From the human T2T-CHM13v2.0 reference genome, Homo sapiens, in assembly GCF_009914755.1 (NCBI RefSeq), contig NC_060938.1: a DNA stretch of 64,000 bases, one strand, 5' to 3'. Below the pieces are notes generated by a model. It worked only from the letters and a program-made list of their open reading frames with translations, searched no databases and was not told the origin of the DNA. Position numbers and translations under genes: made by a program. Of this stretch, positions 50,043 through 64,000 are shown one piece after another; position 1 is the first letter of the stretch; each line of letters begins with the position of its first letter.

Positions 50043-51251
50043 AGAATCTTGAGTATTTTAAAAGCCCAGAAACAAAAATTTTTGGCTATTAGGGTAGAGT
50101 ATGTTAAATATGAAAACTTGTCAACATTTAAAACATGTTGCAGATAACTAAAATAAAATACTCTTATTCCTAGTGACCCATTTAATCCAGAGAGACTATT
50201 TTTCACCTACATTAGTGCAAATGTAGTTATGGTTTAATATACTTCTCAGTTTTATCATCCTTGTGTTCTCGTAAGACTCCTCTAACACCGTGTTCTGCCA
50301 CATGTTAATGAAGTTCTTTATGTTTCTTTCCCTGTTATACTCTGATTTTCTTAAGGACAGGAGCTGCTTTTTAAATTTCTCCTAGCATAGTGCATTCCTT
50401 ATATTAAATAATCAGAAAATATTATCTCCATATTTTATAAAAGACTTAGTAATAAAATTCCAGAAGTTTTGAATTCTTATGCATGTCCCCCCTTGCTGTA
50501 GGACAGTTAGTTGCAATTCTTGTATGATGTAACATGAAATTTTGTAGTCATCATGTCCCTGACCTCTATTGAAAAAATGTGCTTGATAAATTTTAGCATG
50601 ATGAAGTTTGTATGTCTGAGTTTAGCTTCAAATGGTGTAGATAGTATTATTTAAAAATGGGAAGATCTGGAGTTCTTATATCTAATAGTATAGCTCATTT
50701 TATCCTAAGAACAATGCATGTGAAAGTAAATTACAAAGTTATACAACTAGAAGGTCATGATGGAATTTTCTGGCATGTTACCTGTTTTTGTTTTGATGCT
50801 GAACCCATGTGTATATTCAGTCACTTTTAAATGTTCTCTGAGTAAACTGCTGTCCTCAATAAGCTGATTATGCTGAAGAAACATTTTAAGATGCTGATTT
50901 CATTGACTTGATCATCCTTTATATTTCCAACAGTATAGGCAGAAGTAGTAGAATACATTTATTGGTTGGCAAATTCAGTTTCCTTATTTGTAAAACATTT
51001 AAAAATTTGTAGTGCATCCAGTTCAGAGTGGCTAATTGTGATTATGGTAATTGCCAAAGGTGCTTGACGCTGTAAATGTTTCACATATTTTTCTTTAATG
51101 TTTCTAGACAACCCATTTGTTGAGATTAAAACACCAAAAAAATCGTCACTGAAATTGTTAATATGTATGTATATATTTATTTACTTTTGTAAACTATGTT
51201 GGAATAATTTTATATTTACAGAAAAGTTGCAAATGTGTTAATATGTATTAA

Positions 51252-51609
<358 letters not shown>

Positions 51610-53158
51610 TAATATTTTTAATAAAAATATTCTTGTCTCTGATCTTGTTCAATAAAAAAAAAATTTAAAGTTTTTGTGTTTAAATGAAAGTATGCTGTTT
51701 TCATTATCCTTTTTCCTTAAATGTCATTTTTCCTGTGCTGTAACATGACCGTTACTCACATGGAGTGCTGTGAAATGTGTATATGTAAGATTTATGTTCT
51801 GCATTTATGAGCATGAATAAACGTTACTGAATCAGAACCGTGGGGATCATTTAGTTATAGAATCAGAAATCTGGTGAAATGTTCACAGTTTCCTATTTTT
51901 ATAAAACAGAGTAGTTTAAAACTGCATATGCCAGCTTTCCTCTCTCTATTCTCTACCTCCTTTTCTGTTGTAGTTATATAGTAACACGTGAGGGAAGTTG
52001 GTAAGGACCAAAAGATACCATATTTTTAAAAATAAAAGATACCTTCTATTGTAAGGCACACCATTATCTTATGTATTATTAAGGAAAAAAATGCTCTGTG
52101 AGGAATTGAGTTGAATCTGGGAAAATTTTTAAAAAAGAAAAAAATGCAGCCTTCTAAACTATGGCACATTGCTAAGATGCCAGGAAATATAAGATGCGTA
52201 CTGATTTCAGTGATGTTGAAGTGAAGAAAAATGTGAATTTTAGATCCATTCCAAACATTCCTTGCTCTAACAAAATTATTTTATTTGGGGTTTAACTTGG
52301 GACTTCTACCTTTTTTAGAAGTCAGTAGAGAATCATTCATTTGAACTCTGGCTTTTTGCTAAAATGCTGTTGGAGACGTGTTCTAATCAGTATGTCTGAT
52401 TTTAAGAAGATATGAAAATTTTTAATGAAGGATCACTTTTGTAGACAAATTTGAGTGCTTTTTGGGAGCAATGAAAAGCCATGTTGTGCTTCATGTAACC
52501 TGAGTTCTTGTGTTATGTGGCCTCCAAGAGCCATTTTGTAGTTTTCATTCTCCTTTGCATTTTCATTGTTTCTCTTTACTGACCATTCACTTTCCTTAAT
52601 ATTTTGTAGTTTAAAAAACTTTTCTCAACCTTGATTCTTTTCCAAACTATCACCGTTCTTTCATTCTTTGCCCAGGTGATCAACAATTTATTTCCCCGCA
52701 TTGCCTGGGTCACTCACAGATACTTCCCCACCTCATTTATTTAATAAGCAGTTCTCTGTGTAAGATCTGTGTCTCTACCATTTTGCTGAAGTGCCTCTCT
52801 CTTAGGTCCTTAGTAGCTTTCTAAGTTTCTAAAGCTGGTGACCTCTTTTTATTTCATTTGTGAAAACTTACCGTTACTGCTGTCTAACATTGGGATCTCA
52901 CAGCTCTCTCTTTCTTCTTTTTTTTTTTTTTTTAGCACTGTCGCTATAGGTTTTTGTCTCTGTGTCAATCTTGTTATCCCATGATGCCTAGATTTTGTTT
53001 CATCTACTTTATTATTAAAATAATATTGAAAAATAAAATGCTCCATAAATGTATCACTCCAATATAATACTTATTTGAACTTTGAGTTTTTCCATCTTTG
53101 TCTTGGCCTAGCTTTTCATTCTTTACCTAGTGTACTTTTAATCTTGGTAGGTATATTA

Positions 53159-53545
53159 CAAGTTGAACATCTCTAATCCCAAAATTGGAAATTTGAAGTG
53201 CTTTAAAATTTAAAACTTTTTGAGCACCAACATGATGCCGCACGTGGAAATTTCCACACCTGACCTGATGTGACAGTTTGCACTTCATTGATGTTTCGGT
53301 GTACACAAACTTTGTTTTGTGCACAAAATTATTGAAAATATTGTATGAAATTACCTTCAGGCTATGTGTATAAGGTGTATATGAAACATAAATGAATTTT
53401 CATGTTTAAACTTGGGTCCCATCCTTAAGATATCTCATTATGGATATGCAAATATTCCCCCCCCCCAAAAAAAAAATCCCCACGAAAACGTAAATTCTGA
53501 AATGCTTCTGGTCCCAAGCATTTTGGATAAGGGATACTCATCCTG
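53159..53545. mobile_element. Tigger4/MER46-type (TcMar) element
   Basis: TIRs caagttgaacatctctaatcc / ggataagggatactcatcctg flanked by TA duplication. Confidence 0.8.
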
Positions 53546-53816
53546 TATTCTGTTTTCCACCTTAACATGGTATCAGTTATTTTTCCAGGTTTGCACACGT
53601 TGTCCCATTATTGTCACATGAAAGAACAAAAAATTATAGGTTATAGTTTTGTTGCACCATAATTTTCTATATATGTCTATTGTTGGATAATTGACTTGTT
53701 TCCAGATTATTTGTGTTTTGCTTCAAAAACATTGTAGTAGAATGTATATTTGTTCCTATAACCTTTTGCTTCTGTTGTATTATTTACATAAGATCCTTTT
53801 CTGGGAGTGCCATTAA

Positions 53817-54459
<643 letters not shown>

Positions 54460-55374
54460 TGTTTTGTAGTCTAATGCAAAAGCCATAGCAGAGGTACCTA
54501 TTTTATATTGTAGAATTTCTAAATTATGTTCTTTTTAAGCCAAATGTGCAGAGATATTACGCTTATTCACAGTCTGATGGCTTTTGCAGTGTAATGCCTT
54601 AAATTCTTGCCTTCTAGGTTAAATGGGCCTTTTTGCTCTCCTCATGACATAAAAATTTAGAGGAAAACTTGGTAACTTTTTCACTTTATTAACTGATCAT
54701 TTTTGTTAATATGACAGCACAACGTACTCTCATAGAGTGCAGCAGTTGGAGGGAAATTTTGTTGTTGATTTGTGCCTAATTTTTTTTTCCCGCCTGTTTG
54801 TTTCATTTGAAAGTGTTTTTAACATGTAAGATGAATTTTGTCATATGATAATTCTGGTCAATGAAAAATGTCTTCCAAGACCTTGATACAGCATTTACAT
54901 TGACAGTAATTAAGACACTCATCTTTCTGTGTTAACCTTAATCAATTGATGTGTAGTTCAGTTTCGTGGGTAGTTTAGACTTGAATTTGGTTGTTAAGTA
55001 GATTACTTTACAGTGGACCATGATCTCTTTCTATGGCTGGAGTGTCACAACTGAATGAATTTTTGCTGTAATCTGTGCACCATCAATTTAACTCATTTTG
55101 AAATCTGTCTTGACCATCTTACTCCTTGTACTTCCTTTCTCTTACTGTTACTTACTTACCTTTCAGTTTCTCATACTGACTTGAATTATGGTTATTTCCT
55201 AAAGTTCCTTCATTATTGCCATTTCCTTTTAATATATTCTTTTTTTGTGAACTCAGTCTTCTTTCATTTTAACATATGTCAAGCTCCCCTAAAGCTATAA
55301 CTCTAGCCCTGTCAGCCTTCTCTTACCAGCCAGAGGTCTGTGTTTTCAGCTCCTCTCTTGACTCCATCATTCTG

Positions 55375-55795
55375 CAGCGGACTCACAAACTTAAGTGCCT
55401 GCAGGGGCCTGGCAAACAATGGCAATGAGTAAAAGCAGGCCTTGGGATAAGAGGAAATATTTTTCTACTGTAAGAAAAAAAGAGGGCAAGTGGGACGATA
55501 GAGGGTAACCGGCATAAGCTCAAGGTGAGGAAGACAGTCTTGGGGACTGTGGAGAGGAGGAGAATGCCTGTTTCATGCTGGCCATTTGGCTCCAGCCACC
55601 ATTGCTGTTTGGGAATGTGGCCTCAAAGCTATCAGATCTACCAGTTTTTCAAGAGAAGCTGTTAATCTGTATTTTCATTTTAAATACATGATTTTAAAAA
55701 ATGGAATTGAATTTCTGTAAAACACTCCATGGGTCAAGGAAAATATGCTCATGGACAAAGTTCTATATACAGGCTCTTAATTTGTAATCTCCTCC
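55375..55795. mobile_element. Old hAT-Charlie MITE (MER102-like)
   Basis: Degenerate terminal motifs resembling the recalled consensus. Confidence 0.4.
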
Positions 55796-56796
55796 AGTAA
55801 AGGTGGCACTTTAAGTTTGGTATGTTACTAACTATCCCTCCCCATTTTTCTCTTGTTTCTTTGTTCATATAATAGACCATCCATTCAGCTTCTTAACACC
55901 TCCTCACCTCATTACTTCTTTATTTGGAAAAGGGATCTGGGTCATGGGAAAGGCTTTTTCTAATTTAAAGGAAGTTTGTACATGTTTATAAGCCGAAGAG
56001 AAGCCAAAGAAGTGATTTTGGAAAGAGAGAAGATACTAGAACATGGTATGTCCACTGGGGATGGCATCCAGGGTAGAGAAGCCAGCCACAGAGTTCCAGG
56101 AGCTGATGCTGATTCACCTTGCATACTTTTATTTCCGAACAAATATGTTTTAACCAAAAAGTTTTCTTTTTTCTTTTTATGCATATCATGTTTCCTTGAA
56201 TTTCTTGAGGGAATTTATTATACTTTAAAAAACATAGTCTTTGTTTTTTGTATGAATTTTTTTTAGGTATTCTTGAGTTCAGTACTCCTTTTCATGTTGC
56301 TGATTTTCATGGGATGAGTAGCGATTGTCATAGATTTATTTGTAGTAAGTGGTAGAACTAAAAAGTTGAATTCAGCTTTGCTGTAAAGACTTTTATTCAC
56401 CTGGTAGTGCATGTAGACTGTTATTACAGAAGCCATGGTGAGTGTACCCTGTTGAGTAGTGTAGATTTTCCCATAAGATGTGTGAGTTTTAATTCCCTGG
56501 CTCACCATCCAAGGCCTGCTGCTTCTCCCAGAATCGGCTGACATGGTTAGTTATTCCTGGATTCTGCTAGGAAAATTTATTTGAAGGTCCGTCCTCTTAC
56601 TTGTAACGAGTTACAGTTCTCTTGGCCCTATGGGGTTTGTCCTCGTGCTGTTTCCATATGCTTTCTGTTTCTCAGAATTTTTCACTGGTCTGGTCTGCTG
56701 ATATCATCTATATTGGGATTTCCTGTACTTCCTGAATTTCTGTTTTTATTTTCTTATTAAGTTGAGATAGGATGGAAAAAAGGTAAATTTTTAGGT

Positions 56797-57581
<785 letters not shown>

Positions 57582-57674
57582 GTTCTTGGCAACTTTGAAC
57601 CAAAAATCTTTTCTCTTTATACAGCTTGCTTTTTTGTTTCTGCTCATGCTAGTTCCCCTTAATCCCCCCCACCT

Positions 57675-57982
<308 letters not shown>

Positions 57983-58747
57983 CTAATCCCCTTTCTTTAT
58001 GTACAAATCTCAAACATAATATACTATTTACTGTTAATATGTCTGTGACATTGCTCATAAGATTATCTGGCATAGAATGTTTTTGCCCTATTGTTTTGCC
58101 TGGGAATTATTGCCAGGGGTGCATATAGCTCAGTAACTCAAATCAGGGCCCAGTACCACTTCATAGCTGTGTCACTTTTGTGAATTGTGTATTTAGCTCC
58201 TCCATCCCTCCTGAGAATTATGGATAATAATAGTATGTGCCAGTTAATGTTGGTATGAACCAATCGATGAGACAGTCAAAGTAAAACATCTGGGACATAG
58301 TCCTGAAACATTATTAGCTTAAAATGGTTGAGTGAATAAGTACGGGCCTTGACAGCTCAGCTCAGGTGTGGCATTCCATTTCACTTTGCCTGATTTTCTT
58401 CCAGCCCTCCTCCCCTTTCCCCAGATCCCACATCAGAACTAATGTTACCCTGTCTTTCCCTGAAATGTTTTTCATACAGAGAGTTTAGTATACTTACCAT
58501 TGATCTACTTTTCTTTTAGTTAGTTGGGGATTATTTCAGTCATTATGTATGATCTTTCAGTAAACAAGGGATGCCTTTGTTCCCCAGGTGAATTGAATTA
58601 AAGTGCCTTTTTCCTTGTATGACTTCAAATTTAAAAACCTTTAAAACTCACAGTGTTTCCCATGTTGCCTAGTGTGACATAAGAAGTATATGTTTAGTCT
58701 CTGACCTGGGTTCCTGGCACAGATCTAAAACTTCTAAAACTTCTTGA

Positions 58748-59083
<336 letters not shown>

Positions 59084-59683
59084 AGGAGCATCTTTTGTTA
59101 CAGTATTTGGTCTTAGTCCTTGGTTCCTGACACAAGAGCTTCGAAGACCCTTGACCTCTCAGGAGTGATAAGAGTGTCTTTTTGTATATTAATACGATGA
59201 CTAGTGGTTGAAAACCCCTGAACCGCTTTGGAATGGGGACTGGTTTCCTGGGTAATCAGTCATGTGAGTAGAGGTTTGGAACTTTCCATCCCATCCCGTT
59301 AGCTCCATGGAGGAAAGATGGGCCGGAGGTTTAGAGAGTTTTCCAGAAAACTCTTCAAAAGGACAGCCTCAGAGAGCTCCCGGGTTGGTGAACACATTTA
59401 GGTGCTGTGCCCCGAGAGGGCTTGCCTCCTCCCTTACCCCACGATATGCATCTTCCATTTGGCTGTTCCTCACTTATATCTTTGTAAAAAACTGGCGAAC
59501 AGAAGTACCTGTTTTCTGGAGTTTTGTGAGTCCTTCTAGGAAATTCTCAAACTCAAGGAGGGGGTCATGGGAAACTCCCTTCCCACCTCCCACGCAATTT
59601 ATTTTCTGTAGGTAAGAAATACCTGAGGCCTGGACTTGATGGTTAGCGTCTGAATTAGGAACAGCCTTGTGGGATCTAAGCTA

Positions 59684-60694
<1,011 letters not shown>

Positions 60695-60980
60695 GCTAAC
60701 TCCAGGTAGACAGTATCACCGTAGAATTGAACTGTAAGACATCTGGTTGGTGTCTTGGTGTCTGCCAAGAATTGGACACTTGGTTGTTGTGGAACTCCCC
60801 ATTCCCTATTTGATGATTTGATGTTGGAATTTGTTGGTGTGTGTAGAAGAAACATAGTGTTTCTTTTTACCTAGTGTATCAGTCAGGGTTCTCCAGAGTG
60901 TGTGTGTTTATAAATACAAATATATTTATATGTGTAAAGAGAGAGACAGACATACAGACATGGAAATAGATATTGACCGA

Positions 60981-61285
60981 TTTTTGTTTTGTTTTGTTTT
61001 AGAGGCAGGGTCTCGCTCTGTTGCTTAGGTTTGTGTGCAGTGGTGCAGTCATAGCTCACTGTAACCTCAAATTCGTGGGCTTAAGGGATTCATTCTCCTA
61101 CCTCAGCCTCCCAGGTAGCTGGGACTAAAGGCACGTGCCACCGTGCCTAGCTAATTTTTAAATTTTTCTATAGAAATGGGGTCTTGCTATGTTGCCTAGG
61201 CTGGTCTCAAACACCCGAGCTCTAGTGATCCACCTAGGCTTCCCAAAGGACAGGGGTTACAGGAGTAAGCTACTGAGACTGGCCT
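60981..61285 (-). mobile_element. AluJ in MLT2 LTR
   Basis: TSD tgaccgattt/tgactgattt. Confidence 0.88.
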
Positions 61286-61456
61286 GACTGATTTCAAGAA
61301 AGAAATTGGCGAGTAAGCCAATTAGGGATGACAGTTAGGGATGGCAAGTTAGAAATCTGTAGGTCAGGCTAGAAACTCGCAGATAGATGTTGATGCTGCG
61401 GTCATGACGCAGAACTTCTTCCTTGGGAGTCCTCCGCTGTTGCTCTAAAGGCCTTT

Positions 61457-62167
61457 CATTACCGGCGGCGAATCCGTACGGGTCTGCAGCAACCTCAATT
61501 CTTGCCTCCTCAGAAGAAAAAAATTGACTGAGGGGCATAAGGCAGAAGAAGAGACCGAGGCAAGTTTTAGAGCAGGAGTGAAAGTTTATTAAAAAGCTTT
61601 AGAGCAGGAACAAAAGGAGAGAAAGTACACTTGGAAGCGGTGCAGTATCTGCAAAGATACTGAGGGTGACTTGAAGGACAAGTGTGGGGTTTGACCTTTT
61701 GACTTGGGGTGTTATATGTTAGCATACTTCCAGGGTCTGGCGTCCTTTCTGCCCTGATTCTTCCCTTGGAGTGGGTTGTCTGTATGCACAGTGGTCTGTT
61801 AGTGCTTGGAGGGGAGCATGTGCAGTGTGTTTACTGGAGTTGTACATAACGCTTGCCTGAGGCATTCTTCCCTTACCAGCAGAATGTCCCTAGAAGGTCA
61901 TACTCTGCCATTTTGCCTCTTAATGCACATGCTTGAGGTTATTCACCCACCCATTGAGAACTTATTAGGAAGCTGCTGATCACCAGTTTCAGGTGTTTCC
62001 TATCTATAGGGAGACTACCTTTCCCTGGTGCTGCCTGCAACTTATTGTTATTTTAGTGAGGCGGTGTGACAACTGCCTGTCCACCACTTGATGGTTGCCT
62101 AACTTTCCTGGGAGTGTGGGGGCCCAGTCCTGCCCTATTTGTGTCTGACTAGCTGCCCTCTCTGACA
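61457..62167 (-). mobile_element. MER50-like ERV1 solo LTR
   Basis: ttaccggcggcgaatccgtacgggtctgcagcaacctcaattcttgcc...tctgaca, with AATAAA on the minus strand. Confidence 0.75.
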
Positions 62168-63145
62168 CTCTGATGAGGCCCACCCACATTGTGGAGGATA
62201 ATCTTCACTTAAAGCAATTGAAGGTAGATGTTAGCCCCCTCTAAAGAATACCTTCTCAGCAACACCTAGATTAGTGTTCTATTAAATAACTGTCCACGTT
62301 AACATATAAAACTAACCATCACACCTAGTGTGCTCTCAACCAGTGTAAAAGACACTGTGTGCTAAGGATTATATCAATAGATTTTAGACTATAGATGCTG
62401 ATGTCATCAAACATCCAAATGAATGTTTGTGCTTCGAGTTCTCAAAAACATTTCTGTTCTTAGTGACAGGAGAGCATGTATGGTGATGGAGAGTTCTGTG
62501 CATGTTTATCCTACTTGTCTGAGGAGGCTGTTCTCCCCCATTTTGAGTAGTTAAATATGAAAGTTATGATTTGAGCCTCTTTCCTTCATGCTTATGTTTA
62601 GTGAAAAGATCTGTATATTGGCTAAATTCCAAAAATTTCATAAAGAACCTGATTATTTAGAATTCAGGCCAAATACACAGTTGTTACTGTAGAGAGGAAA
62701 GCAAACATTGCTTTCTGATTTATTCAGAGTGCTCTGAAGGAGAGAATGGAGAATTCGTGTAGCAAAATTACGGCTTAATAAATTCAGTGACTGCTAAGCT
62801 GATACCCTTAGTACATACCCTTGAGAATGAAAACTAATGGTTTGCTGAAACATATCTCTAGTGTATTCTATAGCAATTCATTTTTTCTGTTAACCTGTAT
62901 AATTGCTTCTTACATAAGTAAAGATGTCACCTCTACTTAAAATGAAAATCTCTTCTATGGGCTATGGAATTGCTCATTTTGAAATAGTGCTGTTAGAAAG
63001 CAAACAATGAATTAGAGCTGAATCAGCTAGAACTGTCACTTGATGTCTCTATGTAACTTACCATCTGTTTTAAAGATTTCGTACATACTGTAACCCACAT
63101 AATATGGTCCATAATATTCTAAATTCTGAACATTATTATATAATA

Positions 63146-63444
<299 letters not shown>

Positions 63445-63892
63445 TAGCATTTAAACCCAAGAAAAGTAGATAGTTATCTTTGATGCCAAATTTAACTGTT
63501 TACTTTATGATGTTTTCAAACTGTTAAAATGTGTTAACTTTAAGTGGTATAAAGAACCCTTTGCTTTAAGGGTGGTTACTAGGCCTCTAAGTGCACCTCA
63601 CTCTAACTTGGATCAGGTCAGCTTGGCAATGGTGACACCAGTGCTGATTGAAATCAGACGCATCATGGATAGAACTCTAAGCATTCTGCTCATGTGATGT
63701 TGTTTTTGGTTTTGTTTTAAAATCCAGTTATATTGATTTGAAGAGTTTAATTATTTTGGTTGAAATTATGCTGTTCTTAAATACATACATATTTAAACAA
63801 ATTGATACACTCTACTTGATCTGAGCCTGAGAGAAACAATCTCACCTGTCCCTGTAGCTGAGTAATAAAATAGCAGGATTTTTTATTAACCT

Positions 63893-64000
63893 TTTTTTCT
63901 GAGACAGGGTCTTGCTTTGTTACCCATGCTGGAGTGCAGTGACACCATCGTAGCTCACTGCAGCCTTGACCTTCTGGGCTCAAGTAATCCTCCCACCTCA
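63893..64000 (-). mobile_element. AluJ, cut by window edge
   Basis: Right arm. Confidence 0.88.

Larger units (their letters stand above)
60875..62323 (-). mobile_element. Old MLT2-family (ERVL) LTR split by an Alu and a MER50-like LTR
   Basis: tgtatcagtcagggttctccagag...aactaaccatcaca, TSD CCTAG. Confidence 0.8.

Overview
Primate (catarrhine/human-like) genomic DNA, almost certainly intronic sequence of a large gene transcribed on the + strand (T-rich + strand, most L1/LTR relics antisense). No cellular protein-coding exon is evident and the host gene could not be named. The dominant feature is a full-length, defective HERV-L provirus (6872-13609, minus strand) with MLT2A1-type LTRs, a GGGCT target-site duplication, a tRNA-Leu PBS, gag-pro-RT-RNaseH-IN-dUTPase, no env, and an Alu in gag. 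The rest is ~40 Alus, L1/L2/MIR relics, DNA transposon fossils (MER1A, MER30, Tigger4/MER46), an MST solo LTR and a nested stack of four LTRs at 58.7-62.3 kb. Two candidate non-coding exons (14608-14736, 34446-34591) were found. I see no new multi-gene system. The most unusual signals are local template-switch scars: a 32-nt inverted templated insertion in the MST LTR, and the same Alu position converted to a hairpin in two independent Alus. Also notable are DUX4-like motifs kept only in the 5' LTR and two LTRs sharing one target site. Repeat subfamily names are from recalled consensus sequences, not a search.
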